A stretch of DNA of 64,000 bases from Tubulanus polymorphus (lineage: Eukaryota > Animalia > Nemertea). Position 1 is the first letter of the stretch. The number at the start of each line of letters is the position of its first letter. The position numbers and the translations under genes are program-made. Under the pieces are notes generated by a model. The model did no database searches and was not told where the DNA came from. It saw nothing but the letters and a program-made list of their open reading frames with translations. This document shows positions 26,901-40,548 of the stretch, piece by piece. The stretch lies in the NCBI RefSeq assembly GCF_964204645.1, contig NC_134036.1, positions 10,395,859-10,459,858 of the forward strand, written 5' to 3'.

Positions 26901-29900
26901 AATTTTGTAGTATGGTTTAATTCAAATAGTATATACTATAGTTTGTATACTCATGATATCATTATGGTGTTTCACAGTAAAATATGAATAAATTGGATAT
27001 ATGAATGCATAATATGAACAGGGAGGTGCCACCTCCCTGATATGAATTAATTAACCTTAAGATTGTATCTACAATCCATTCAAAAGGAGGGGGATTTCCA
27101 TCTACACTAAAGAATCGGGGAATTTTACCCAGATGATTTTTGCCGCTAACCATAGATGTAGTTAGTAATTTTGAATAATGGTCTTGGCAATGCACTAATT
27201 ATGAACAATTTACTTTGTTTTGTTGAATTAACTACTTGTAATCAATTCACTATAGAACTATGGTGGATCCTAACAATGAGTCTGGCCTGCTATTCTAAAC
27301 TCTTTCCGAAAATTATATTGCTAAGATATTCCTAGTCTTCATCATTTAGCATGAACTCTAGATGTTGGGCCTGGATATATTTCGGATTCATTAAATGGTA
27401 TCATGGGCGTGGAATGTTTGGGCGGAGGTATTATGCTCCAGTTTCACGCGTAAAACAAAAAACAAAAATATATCCATACATAGGTCATTACATTATAGAA
27501 ATTAAACTGTTGACAAGTTGTAATAAATCTCTATAGATGAAACAATTTTAAAGAAAATGCATTATGTTTGTAGTTTCTATTCAACTACTATTGACTGTGC
27601 GCCTCGGGCTCAATCAACTCGTCATCTCCATGATTTCTATCACACATCATCAGCTGCCATTGCAATATTTGATTAGGCAGTATAATCAGAAGAAGCGTAA
27701 ATTGATACATGCGAATAATTGATGTTTCCAAAGGGTTTTTGTTACTGGCTCGTTTACATGGGAATGGTCGACATTCCCCGTTAAGAATCCCCCGAGAAAT
27801 CCCATTGAAGAGGTTATGATTTGCTGCTGTTGGCCTGTTTTTTCGTTTGTATTGCAAAATTTAGTCCAAACTAACTGGAATCGTTTTAAATTGATTTCTG
27901 TGAAAATTTTCAATTTTTCCCCACATGTCAACAAGTGCCTTTCAAATCAGGATAAATTCCGATTGCGAAATAATGATTGTTGCAATTTTTTTAGTATTAT
28001 TTATCTATGGTTTGATACGTCAAGATTTCAGTAAAAAGGGCAACTTTATCGTTTATGTTAGCGAAGCTTGCAAGCACGCTTACAAGCAGGCTGACAATAA
28101 CAAGCCACTGAATTTTATGGGGTTAGTCTTTGTATAGCTCTTTATCTATAGAAAGTCAGTGATTAAGCCCTAAGTAAATATTGCTCAATTAAAGAGAATT
28201 CATTATGATGAACAATGTAGCGATGACAGGCCTATGAGGCACCCGTAAAGCAAAAATATATTTCGCTGTGCGATGCGAAAATTATTGAAAATAAAAAAAA
28301 CTTTTAATTTGAAATCGCTTAAATCAAAGCTAGTGTAATATATTTGAACTTCCTAGCGATATATTTGTCCTGTGCGATAACTTTTAGTATTAATTTAGTA
28401 TTAATGAAGTATTTCAATCTTTGGGTGAACGGAAAAAATGGCCTAGGGAAAAATTGCCGCTAAATGAATATTAGAATTTGCTCCTTTTGTAATAACTTTG
28501 AATTTTCATATTCAACTGGAAATTGGTGTATGCTGAATATCACGAACAACGAAACCTTTATCCTTAAAAACGATGATTTTCTTTTTCATCTTTCTTTATT
28601 TCAATAATAATCAATCGATTTTTAAGTCGAATTAATTACTAGGATAGCGACTTAATGTGTATGTGCTTTTAAGTCAACTAGTTTCCGAACCCATGGTATG
28701 TCAATCAAGACAGATCTTCGTCTAGAAAAAGTAAGATGCATTCTATCATGGACTCTAAAAGGATTGATTCGTTTAGAGTCGATGATTCTATCTACTAATT
28801 TCAATGTAAGGACTATATAAGGCTACATGAATCAATACGAAAGCATGTATACCGCAGGTCACTTAATCCTAAGCTTGATTGTGAGAGTTGTTTAAACACA
28901 ATGGTCACATGAGTAATTATTGGATGTGCGACAATGGGAGAAATCTGCCTCAGACATCTCATCCCGATATCCGGAGTCCTGGGCTTAGTAACTTATGTTT
29001 AGAATAAATTTTATCCGATATTTTTATAACAATTTTTTTCTCTCTTCTCTCTCTCCGTAAATTCCGGACGTTTTCTGGGTGATAACGTTCAGTGGCTAGT
29101 AGGCTGGATTGTATTTTCTCTTATTTCATAAATCACAATGCATATAAACTAAAACTGAACTGAATTGAAACTGAGTTCGGTTAGCAGTATAAACCTCCTA
29201 ATTAACTTTCGGAATTATATATAAAAGAGTGTAGAGTGAAACATCGAATACACTTGTATAAATGAGAAAATGCACACTAGGACAATGGCTAATTTGCGAC
29301 CTTAAAATGAAAGAAAGACTCGAATTTCTTTTATCACACGCGACACGCGAATCTCCTAATCACTCTAATAATGAGAGAAAATTTCAGACGAATTAAATGT
29401 ATCAGCTTTATAATTGAATGACGATTATGTACGTGTAACTTCAATGATTTGTATCGATCGGTAAATGAAATTTCCATTTAAAGAATGCATTTATCAAATT
29501 ACGTCCATTGAAAATGAAATTAGCTAAACTCGAGCCATATTACTATTTAGATTTATCGCAGTTGTCTTGTGAAAATTTATAACCAATCTTTATATAGTCC
29601 CCTGTAAAATCTAAACTCAATTTCTATATTATACACGTGATTTAATAACGATTTCTCAACTTCGTGTTTATTCTATAATGAGAAGCGCACTGATTAGATC
29701 TGATTTCAAGAGATTGTCGAAAAAGTTACAGCAATTTACTGTTAGAGAAAGAAAATACTAAATCTATCCGTTAGTTTTCTAAGATTATATGTAAGCGTCA
29801 TACCATCTCATGCTCTAGGATATTGTGTATCGTAACATTTGAAATTCCTAAATCTACCTGGCTTCATTGGGTACTGTTTTTTAAAAAGAAAAACAAATAA

Positions 29901-30572
29901 CACCCAACGCATCAATACCTATAATTCTAAAAGTTCATGTTATAACGTTTAGAATATTCCTCCCTAAGTCAAAACTTTAAATAAAAGACCAGAAGGTAAA
30001 ATTCTCTTCGTTGGACTTTTGGAGGAATCGTTTGAATATCGGACCCCTTGGTCGAGTTTCCATCGATTGACATTGGGAGGAATGTTCCTCCCGAAGTCGA
30101 TACTTTGAATATCAGAACTGAAGGTCAAATTCTCTTCGTTTGACCTTGGGAGGAATATTCCTCCCAAAGTCAATTGTTTGAATACCAGACCCCTTGGTCA
30201 AGTTTCCATCGATTGACTTTGGGAGGAATATTCCTCCCGCAGTCAATTTTCACAATAGCGGTCCTCTTAATTGGTGATGATCAAATGAACGTGCGGCTCA
30301 TATTTCTATTGTGTGCCTATCCGGTGTAACGCGCGACACGCTTACATAATCTTATCTGTAAATGTGAAGACCTCGGGGGCATTATGTTCTCTAAAGCCCG
30401 ACATTATCCCACATTCGGGACTGTGAATGGGTTGATTTTACGGCTGAGTCGACATGTTTCAACAATTTTTAACTGTTCATTTATGAATATTTGAAGACTT
30501 ATGAACTAAAAATTACTTAAATTTTTGATACATTTTGAGAAAGTCACAAAACATTTGAGAGTGCGTTAGAGG
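23991..30572. mobile_element. Large non-coding foldback element with long inverted arms and palindromic subrepeats
   Basis: 23991-24560 is a near-perfect reverse complement of ~30030-30572. Weaker inverted matches continue inward (25030/29650, 25415/29285, 26150/28500). Arrays of the palindrome gactttgggaggaatattcctcccaaagtc. Confidence 0.75.
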
Positions 30573-30957
30573 CAGATGGTCCGCGACAACTAGTGATCCC
30601 CAAAAATATGCGCACCGAAATTCTAGAAGCAGGTCATGATTCAATGACCGGTGGTCACTTGGGACATAAGAGGACCTATGAGACATTAAGAGCTAGGTAT
30701 TATTGGTCGGGTATGTACAAATACGTGGAAAAGTGGATCAAATCTTGTAGAGACTGTGCAACCAAAAATAAGCCGGGAAAGCCCATACGAGCCCCAGTTA
30801 ATCCGATCGCTGTCACTGGACCATGGGACAGGGTCTCAATGGATGTATGTGGTCCATTTCCAACAACTGTTTCAGGGAATAAGTATATTCTAGTTTTTGA
30901 TGATTATCTTACAAAATGGGTCGAAGCATTTGCAAATCAAGAATTAATACCGACAAT
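30573..30957 (+). pseudogene. pol: Gypsy integrase N-terminal half (HHCC zinc domain and first catalytic Asp)
   Basis: GHDSMTGGHLGHKRTY..YYWSGM..CRDC..PWDRVSMDVCGPFPTT.SGNKYILVFDDYLTKWVEAF. Confidence 0.92.
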
Positions 30958-33069
30958 CTCCTCGCGATGTTAATATTCTGGCAGGAGTGTCCTATGGGCA
31001 CTTTTTCCTGAATTTATAAGACGGCTTTGTAAGTATAGTCGTGATAAGATTATTTTGCAATTGTTATTTGATCAGGCTGATCATGTCATTTTCGTTTACG
31101 GATAGTTATACGATATATAATAACCATATATGATATTTTATGCGTATCTAAGTGGTTACTTTAGGTAATATTTATGTTGGATATACGTTTATGCATTAAT
31201 TTATACAATTAATTAAACGAACAATGAAACGAGTAGGGTCATTATAGCGACGAAGTTTTGTTGACTAAATTGATAGATAGATGGTTAAAACAGAAGGCTC
31301 TATTTCTTTTATTTTTCATTGTTAAGAATGTCGATATAATAGACTAGACTGGTAATATGATTATGGAATTTGTATAATATACTGTCGTTGTCTCTAATTG
31401 TTATGTAATAATGTCGTTGTCTTTTGCTTGTAGGGTACCCGTTTCGAGTGGTTTGAGACCGACCAACACGACAGCACTTGGATGCAAGACCGTTTTTTTT
31501 TCCTGTCTGCTGCGATAGACGTTGAGGGGTACTTCCCTGATAGTGACCATATGGAGATTGGGACTTGTTTGGAGGTATCCCGAGACTCTATTGCTGGACG
31601 CATAGAACAGCATGAGCCAACAACTGGTATGGTCGGGACATAAGACACTCGGAGCCACGTCCATTTTTAAAGATGCAAGGCCGTCGATGACAAGAAATCC
31701 GGCCTATACAGTTGCGTTTAGGCGTAGGCCTGGAGATGTATGTATCAGTGTTTTGTTAGTCATGCAGTCAGCCAGTGTTAATGGTGTTGTCCCTCTTGCG
31801 AAAATCGTTATTCTCACGGACTTGTGATAACTCCTTGGGGGCAAAACACCTGGCTGCATGCAAGAAATCGTGAAATTTGCCGACGACATTTGCGTCAAAC
31901 CGATCTAAATGGCGGATGTATGAACTCGATGTTCCAGCGCGCCGTATTCAGCTTCGTTGTACTACAAGCGTTGTGGTATTTTCGACTCGTATGTTGCGAT
32001 ATAAACTGTGGAGAAGTTATAGACTGCTGTATCGTAAATCTGGTTCTACGTTGAAGCCATTGATATTGCGTGTTTTCGCGCTGGATGGTGTATTATTAGG
32101 CTGCGAGGAACTGCGTTGGATAACGTCATTCGTCCGTCCATGGCGTACTGTGTTGTTGTGGTTGCTGTTGCGTCTTCATGCGGTATATTTTCAAACTTCG
32201 TAATTGCGGTGGTGTTAAGTGCTAGACTTTTTACGGTATTAGCGGAGGCAGCGGTCTCAAGATACTTTCATTTTCCGAGCGGGTATCCTGAACTTTAATT
32301 TGTGGTTTTGTTGAACTGTAATCCTGAACTTTTAGTGCGTGTTATTACTATGAACTTTAACGAGTAGTTTTAGAATATGGTCTAGTTAATATCTTTGGGG
32401 AAAAAGACGCGATTTGGAGTTTTTCATCCGTTTGTTGCTGTTTTCTTTTTCAGGGTTTTTCATGAGGTGTCGGCTTGTGTTTCAGAGGTTGTCTAAATTC
32501 AAAATTTCGGGACGAAATTTTAAGCTGAGTGGGGAGTGATGATCCGCAGCTGAATTTTACTTTCAAAAAGATCAAACGATTTATATACGTAGGTTTCTTG
32601 GCATGTCCTGGGAGAACACACGCATTGTTCCTTATGTACAATAATACATTATCCGCCTTAATGGTTGTTTGTCTGAAACATTTATACTTGTATCAGACGA
32701 GCATTCTAAATCACTTTGAAGGTAATCGCGCGCTGTAGTCATGAGAATAATTCGTGGAAATGAGCAATGATGAAATCAACTTATGAAACACTCGCTGACC
32801 CTTAGTCTGATAATTCGATAATAAGGAGTAATATCAAAGAGTAATATTAAAAATTAATATTAAAGAGTTTTATTATTTTAATTAATAAGAGTTTGTGTGT
32901 TTAAATTTGAATGTACTAACAATGATAAAGAATATAAATAAGAAAGATGATATTTCGGCTTACATTGTATATTACTATTTAGACGAAATTAAATACCATT
33001 CATTGTGGGAATTGTAATCATTGGATAAGTTAAAATAAATGAGTTCGAGGGTTGGAAAAATAGTATATA

Positions 33070-33480
33070 TGTAATCTCTTCGGTGCGGTTGAGAAGGAGA
33101 GCAGACCGGCAGGTATCATGACGTCGAGGGTCGGGTTAAAGTTAGCAGCGAATGAAAAGTCTAGGAATCAGGACCCCAGCTCTGCGTCGTGGTGCTGCGT
33201 TGGTTGCTCGTTCCCTTTTACGGCTGGCCGCAAGCAGGGTTCTGGATTTTTCTTGGGTGTGGACGCAGCCGTATAAAAGGGGCCGCACCTCGAGAGAGAG
33301 CGGACTCTTTTAGAAAGCATTTTCAGTCGAAGCATTAGAAGACTATAGAACAGATAACTTTCGGCTATCCGGTTGAATTGCATCTTTTTGTGTGCGGGAT
33401 TTGTAACAAAATTCTAAATTAAAAGGTAGGGAATTTTATAAATTGTTGAGACTATAGTTCATTTAAATTGTAGAATTACA
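33070..33480 (+). repeat. Putative 3' LTR
   Basis: Begins TGTAAT after a purine-rich tract, internal TATAAAA (~33273), ends ATTACA. Only one copy is visible, so the 3' end is uncertain (could extend to ~33665). Confidence 0.5.
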
Positions 33481-33837
33481 GTTGAGTATTATCATATTTA
33501 AATCCGGAGTTCCTTTTATTCCTTGGTTTTCGGGTTTCTGTGTTCGTGGTCGACTTTCTCGCCAGGGACCGGAGTTTGTAATAGAGGAAAAAGACAATAG
33601 AGAAAGGGACCGCGGAACAGTATAAATGCATATAGGTCGTTCATATGTATTCTGACTGTATCACATAATGGGCTGAAACAAACAACCAATGCGACAACCA
33701 TAAGTAAGCCTTTTGTCCTAATAACAAACCGGAAGTAGCTCTTACTTGGTCAATTTTCATTTGTTCCTGGAAAATGATGTACACTGACACGAATCTAATA
33801 TGTCAGAGGTAAATAATACAAAACCGGAAATATCTGA

Positions 33838-34000
33838 TATAAATATAGCTGCAAAGCAGCGATAACGGGTTTTCTGCACAGTCTTAGAATCCTGTTCAAC
33901 GGTGGATTTCGACAAAGCATTTGATAAGGCACAACATCAGGCATTACTAACCAGGCTATTAGGAAACATCATTAATGATAGGTCACTCAAATGGCTCAGC
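33838..34000 (+). repeat. Short repeat containing a LINE (CR1/L2-type) RT fragment, copy 1
   Basis: DFDKAFDKAQHQALLTRL resembles RT motif DFxKAFDxVxHxxLLxKL; near-identical to 37731-37890; its 5' 35 bp recur at ~60400. Confidence 0.7.
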
Positions 34001-34002
34001 TA

Positions 34003-34414
34003 CGGAAGCGATAAGGGGCCTCGAGTTGTCGCGTTCCAACTCGTCAAGTCGCCATATTTATGTCGACATATCGCGATATATCGCGTCAAGTCGACATGAA
34101 TATGTCGTCATATCGTGACGTTTTCACGACAAATTTCGCTTTCTCGACCACTTTCCTCGCGACAAGTCGACATATTCACGACAACTTGAAACTCAGTCGT
34201 CATATTACTGGCGTCCTCATCTTACATTTAGACATGTCTTCAAATGACGGCTTGTCCCGTGGAAAATGAGCAAATAAGCGAAATTTGTCGTGAAAACGTC
34301 ACGATATGTAGACATATTCATGTGGACTTGACACGATATATCGCGATATATCGACATAAATATGGCGACTTGTCGAGTTTGAACATGACAACTCGAGGCC
34401 CTTTATCGCTTCCA
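34003..34414. mobile_element. Tc1/mariner-type MITE with ~140 bp TIRs
   Basis: TA-cggaagcgataaggggcctcgagttgtc... / ...gacaactcgaggccctttatcgcttcca-TA. Confidence 0.8.
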
Positions 34415-34504
34415 TACTATATCAGATTAATCGACTTCAAAATAGGCGAAAGCATAAGTCTTTATTACGTTATTAATTGGCCTAATTATTCAAAAGCTAA
34501 TAAT

Positions 34505-36405
34505 GTGGGCGACAAAACCAAAAAAATTAATTGTCGCGGGCGATAAAACCAAAATAATCAATTGACGCGGGCGATAAAACCAAAATAATCAATTGTCGCT
34601 GGCGATAAAACCAAAATATTGAATTGTCGCGGGCGACAAAACCAAAAGAATGAATTGTCGCGGGCGATAACCAAATAATGAATTTTCGCGGGCGACAAAA
34701 CCAAAATATTCAATTGTCGCGGGCTACAAAACCAAACTAATGAATTGTCGCGGGCGATGAAACCAAAATATTGAAGTGTCGCGGGCGATAAAACCAAAAT
34801 AATCAATTGTCGCTGGCGATAAAACCAAAATATTGAATTGTCGCGGGCGACAAAACCAAAAGAATGAATTGTCGCGGGCGATAAAACCAAATAATGAATT
34901 GTCGCGGGTGACAAAACCGAAATATTCAATTGTCGTGGGCAACAAAACCAAACTAATGAATTGTCGCAGGCGATAAAACGAAAATAATAAATTGTCGCAG
35001 GCGATAAAACCAAAAAAATGAATTGTCGCGGATGAAAAAACCAAAATCATGAATTGTCACGGGCGACAAAACCAAAATATTCAATTGTCGCGGGCGACAA
35101 AACCAAACTAATGAATTGTCGCGGGCAATAAAACCAAAATATTGAATTGTCGTAGGCGCCAAATCCAAAAAATGAATTGTCGCGGGCGATAAAACCAAAA
35201 TATTGAAGTGTCGCAGGCGTTAAAACCGCGACAAAAAGAGAAAAAAATTGTCGCGGGTGATAAAACCAAAATAATGAATTGTCGCGGGCGATAAAACCAA
35301 AATATTGAAGTGTCGCAGGCGTTAAAACCGCGACAAAAAGAGAAAAAAATTGTCGCGGGTGATAAAACCAAAATAATGAATTGTCGTGGGCGATAAAACC
35401 AAAATATTGAATTGTCGTGGGCGACAAATCCAAAAAATGAATTGTCGCGGGCGATAAAACCAAAATCTTGAATTGTCGCCATTGTCGCGTGCGACAAAAA
35501 TCCAAATAATGAATTGTCGCGGGCGATAAAACCAAAATAATGAATTGTCGCGGGCGATAAAACCAAAATCTTGAATTGTCGCCATTGTCGCGTGCGACAA
35601 AACCAAAATCTTGAATTGTCGCCATTGTCGTGTGCGACAAAACAAAAATAATGAATATTCGCGGGCGATAAAACCAAAATACTGAATTGTCGCGGGCGAT
35701 AAAACCAAAATAATGAATTGTCGCGGGCGACAAAACCAAAATATTCAATTGTCACGGGCGACAAAACCAAACTAATGAATTGTCGCGGGCGATAAAACCA
35801 AAATCTTGAATTGTCGCCATTGTCGCGTGCGACAAAAATCAAAATAATGAATTGTCGCGGGCGATAAAACCAAAATAATGAATTGTCGCGGGCGATAAAA
35901 CCAAAATATTGAAGTGTCGCAGGCGATAAAACCGCGACAAAAAGAGAAAAAAATTGTCGCGGGCGATAAAACCAAATTAATGAATTGTCGTGGGCGATAA
36001 AACCAAAATATTGAATTGTCGTGGGTGACAAATCCAAAAAATGAATTGTCGCGGGCGATAAAACCAAAATCTTGAATTGTCGCCATTGTCGTGTGCGACA
36101 AAACCAAAATAATGAATTGTTGCGGGCGATAAAACCAAAATAATGAATTGTCGCGGGCGATAAAACCAAAATATTGAATTGTCGTGGGCGACAAATCCAA
36201 AAAATGAATTGTCGCGGGCGATAAAACCAAAATAATGAATTGTCGCGGGCGATAAAACCAAAATATTGTTTTGTCGCGGGTGACAAAACCAAATTAATGA
36301 ATTGTCGCGGGCGATCAAACCAAAATAATGAATTGTCGCGGGCGATAAAACCAAAATAATGAATTGCCGCGGGCAACAAAACCAAAATTATTGTTTTGTC
36401 GCGTT
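34505..36405. repeat. ~31-bp tandem satellite/minisatellite (~1.9 kb)
   Basis: Unit attgtcgcgggcgataaaaccaaaataatga with recurrent variants; no unique spacers. Confidence 0.95.
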
Positions 36406-36622
36406 TTTTTTAGTTTTGTCGTTTTGTCATAATGTTGCCCTCATTTGCCTATACGTGTTTTTTTACGCATGGCCCTTATCAGCCACCATACTAAAGCCTT
36501 AAGGTCGCGTAAAACTCGATAAACACTTCAAGCGACACAGCGAACGATCTCCTTTCCCCCACAGCGAACGCTTAACCTAGTAGAGGCTACTAGCCTATGT
36601 AGGCCTATGTATATGCGTAGGC

Positions 36623-37300
36623 CTAACATCCGGACAGATTGGTCGTAGGCCCATTGAATTCAACAACCCACCTAAATATCGTAAATTTTGTTTTGAAGTT
36701 CAATCCAATGAGTCCGTTAATAAACGCAACAATTGTACTGTGTTTGTTTGAGACAGTTAAGCTCAGTACCGGTAGGCCTAAAGCCGCGTCAAACTCGATA
36801 AACACTTCAAGCAACACAGCGAACGATCCCTTTCCCCCACAGAGAACGCTTACTCCGAATGTCAAGTGTGAGTCCAGCATACGGAAAGGATTATGTGTTA
36901 TATACTTGTATTTAGTGAATACCTTGTGCATTTGACAATGATCGGTATGTACGGTAGGAAATATAGAGTATTGATGGTATTGATATAGAGGTTGAAGCCC
37001 GCGGCCGAATAAAGTAATATATTCTTTTATTTTGATACCTCGTCGACATAAAAGCTTTTCTCCGCTATATCTCTTCGGCGTGTTTAGTTTAGGCCAACGA
37101 TTCCTCGGTACACTAAAGATTTATCTTAGTAAATACTCGGTTAATTCGGTAAAGAAAAATAGGTATTGTTATACTAACTCCTTGAAACCCGCAGCCAAAT
37201 TACTGGTAGTAATAAATTAATTTGTACTCGATTTGATTCTCATGATGAGGAGAAACTCGCAGCTGATCCCCGGAACGACGATGTAGTAACACACGTCGAT
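36623..37300 (-). pseudogene. Degenerate ORF of unknown function (possibly displaced Polinton accessory gene)
   Basis: The frame of ORF 36623-36931 extends upstream to ~37300 through two stops; part is duplicated at ~36490-36575. Confidence 0.3.
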
Positions 37301-37730
37301 TCGTCGATGTTTACGGCTCGACAGTGCTTTTAAAATCTAAAGTAGTAAATTTCCAGTGTATCGGTAATATGATTTGATGAGGAAAATGGGCTATTGTTAA
37401 AATCACTGTTTGAAGACCGCGACTGAATTTGAAGTCTGCGGCAATAAATTAGTTCATTTATACTTGAATTGATAATCGAAGTGACAGTCGGCCTGCGGGT
37501 TGATTTCGGGATGACGACTCGAAAAACATGTCGCCCCATTGAATGGGGCTAAATTTTCGATGTTTACGGCCCGACAGCGCTTTTGTAACGATGATTCGTG
37601 AAAAAACACGCGGGCTATTTGTAGATCTCAGTGAGCTGAACGATATTATATGGATTGTATATGAAACAGCGGTAAGGTAACAAAGCCTATGTTCTTTTGG
37701 TAAAAATAGTGTGGAAGAAAATAATAATAA

Positions 37731-37930
37731 TAAATATAGCTGCAAAGCAGCGATAACGGGTTTTCTGCACAGTCTTAGAATCCAGTTCAACGGTGGATTT
37801 CGACAAAGCATTTGATAAGGCACAACATCAGGCATTACTAACCAGGCTATTAGGAAACATCATTAATGATAGGTCACTCAAATGGCTCAGCAGTTATCTC
37901 TGAACGAAAACTTGTAGCCGAAATCAACGT
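37731..37930 (+). repeat. Short repeat with LINE RT fragment, copy 2; abuts the truncated pPolB
   Basis: Direct repeat of 33838-34000, continuing as SSYLSERK (RT-like). Confidence 0.7.
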
Positions 37931-40548
37931 GTTGAGTTTCATCGGTAGAAAATTGAATGTGTCCAAAAACTATATATCCAAATGTGTGACGGTCATAGTC
38001 ATTATTTTCCCGCCGTTTGGTACAATATCTGGTAATATACCTTGTGACACCAAATATTGAAGAATAAAGTAACCGTCAAAGGATTGAAAAAGGCGCGAAA
38101 ACAATGGCGCCCCTATTCTCTTCCGTAAACAACCACTCGCAGAATTCAGAGTCCGTTTTAAACATGTGTTCATGTTTACCGCAATAATCGCAAACCGAGT
38201 CAGGGGTCCGTTTCGACCATTTACACATTTGACATATTCTATGCGCTATACCCAATACTACAACGTGGTTCGATTCCACAGTCGTTGTTTCGAAATCGAA
38301 TGCGATGAACTTTCTATATTTTAGCTCATCGCCAGCCTTGTGGGCATCCAAATACGGGTTAATTAGTGTATGAGGGTTACCCTGTTCCTCAGAAACCACG
38401 TGATCCTGACTTTTGGCGACCCCGATGTAGCAAAGATGGCCGCTAGGCTTTCGCTCTTTACAAGAACTGCAATATTTCTGCCCGCAGTCGTGAGATTTAG
38501 GATCAAGTTTCTTTCTAGATACAATAGACCCGCATTGAAAACATCTCGTTCTCGAATCGCATACGCTTACCCCGTCTGCTCTTGGTCTGCAGTGTCTGGC
38601 TAAACACGCTTCCGATTTAAAATAGATATTGCATTTTATACACAAATAATTTCCCCGTTGTTCTACGCAATCCCCAAAGCAAAGTCTACATTTATCGGTA
38701 CAGCGATGTCGTTCTGTATTCGTATCCCCCTTTTTACAAATGTAGCAATAGTATGAACGACAGGTAGATGAAGCCATCGATGTAATTACATCGAAATGTC
38801 CATCCGTATATAATAATATAAGCTTTTTGGTATTCACACCGTGGTCGTCCAGCACATTGCGATTGTTTTCGTATAAAATGTGATAAGCGATATCATCACC
38901 AGTTACAACAAGTAAGCAGTAATCGGATAATTGTTTCGCAAACGCATCCAATTCGCGCAATCCACACTTGCCTAGGGGCACACCGGCATTCATGTGTAAG
39001 GTAATTGCCGCACCCTTTTGTAATGACCGGTTGCATTTACGAATAACGTCATAACGAGGGTCATTATCCGCACGCGCTTTCGCCACCACTAACGACCTAG
39101 CGAGACACAAATCATCGTCATTATCGATCGAAACAATACATGGTTTGTTTTGTCTAAACGACTCGAAATTTACCTCAACGCGTTTACGATGCGTACCACC
39201 TAGCGGCATTCGAATGAATGTACAATGGAAAATCCAAAGACAAATCCTCATTCGACTGTAGAACACAGATTATTCTATCGAGTATATATTCTACCGTTAG
39301 TTCGTCCAACGGTACGAATGGAAATTCAATGTTTCCATTGAGTTCTGCGTGCTCGATAGATATCCGGATCATGTCATTCGAACGAGCGTCCAACATTTCA
39401 CTTATAGCCGCTAAAACGTCGGTTAGATAGTTCCAGACGGTGGCTTGTGCATCCCGCGCGTCGAGTTGGTCGTTAATCGGGTCCTCATGTGGTATCACGG
39501 TAACCTTGTACAACTCATTTTTCATGTTGAATTTCTTACTGTGTTGTACGCCGTTCTGTAAAATAATGGAAATATTCTTTTTTATTCATTTTGTTCGTCA
39601 TTATGTTAAACGATTTTGATGTATTCGATTACTTACCCTGACCAATTTAATATTGCCCCGTATTATCTCGTCGGGGTTTTCACAGTGAGGGCGCTTCGAA
39701 CACGATACTTCTTCCTCATCATCAATATCGTCAATAGGACGCTTCGATGTTGGGGGCCGTGGCGCGCATACCTCGCTGTGGTTTCTTAACTCGGCGATTG
39801 ATGGGAACGATTCCGAACATCGCGAGCATGTAAACTCCCGTACGGCTGGTGGCGGTGGCGGTGGTGGCTGTGGTAAGACCGATGTCTTTTTAGGCTTACA
39901 TGTTCTCATATGCCTCACCAAGCTATCTTCACGGGATAGCGTTTTTCCGCATTTGTCGCAAGAATGCTATAAAATAGAAAAAAATACCCGGATTATATTT
40001 AAGATGACTAACGGGTTTTAGTAACGCATAATATCACTACTTACAGGTTTAGCATCCGATATGCCAGGTTGCGCGTGTAGTGATACGTGTTTGGCAACGT
40101 ATCCCTTGCACGTTTTGGCGTGTCGCCTCACGTGGTCTTTGCGTGCAAACACCTTGCCACTTGTGACGCATTGACAATCAGAAGTCCCAAAATGGGAACC
40201 CATGTGTCGCGTCAGCGTTTGCTGGTTATCAAAGTTAAGACCGCATATTTTGCAGTCCCATATTTGCTGAAAATAAAAAATAGGTATTTAATAATACGTT
40301 CAACCACATAGTAATTAAATGAACGGTTTTAATCTACTAACCGGATTGACCGAAGCTACAGACGCCTGTTGCTGCATCGGATGGGGTGCCATACAAATGA
40401 CCGTGTGCTGCGTCAAATCGCGCGCACAAGCAAATGCTTTGCAACAGCTTAAGCATTTAAACCCCTTCTTCCCAGCGTGAAGTTGCTGGTGTTGACCCAA
40501 TGCGATTTCATTGGCAAAAGTCAACGGGCAGTATTGGCATGAATACAT
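37925..40548 (-). pseudogene. polB: Protein-primed DNA polymerase B, 5' half, with three spliced upstream exons encoding six C2H2 fingers
   Basis: Exons 40548-40342, 40266-40045, 39966-39637 and 39555 onward joined by phase-0 GT-AG introns. OTU-like DDDLCLARS...GHFDVI, Cys-rich fingers, ExoI FIAFDFETT, ExoII-like FQSFDGYFIL, FLDTFNFLPMKL. Frameshifts; polymerase domain missing. Confidence 0.9.

Larger units (their letters stand above)
30573..33480 (+). mobile_element. Gypsy LTR retrotransposon copy 2 (integrase fragment joined to 3' UTR, env deleted, putative 3' LTR)
   Basis: 30958-33035 matches the reverse complement of 1-2071 and is preceded by an integrase fragment. Confidence 0.85.

Noticed and set aside
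34505-36405. CRISPR-like array and long ORFs (up to 425 aa)
   Set aside because: Head-to-tail 31-bp units without unique spacers, no cas genes, eukaryotic context; the ORFs are translations of the satellite.
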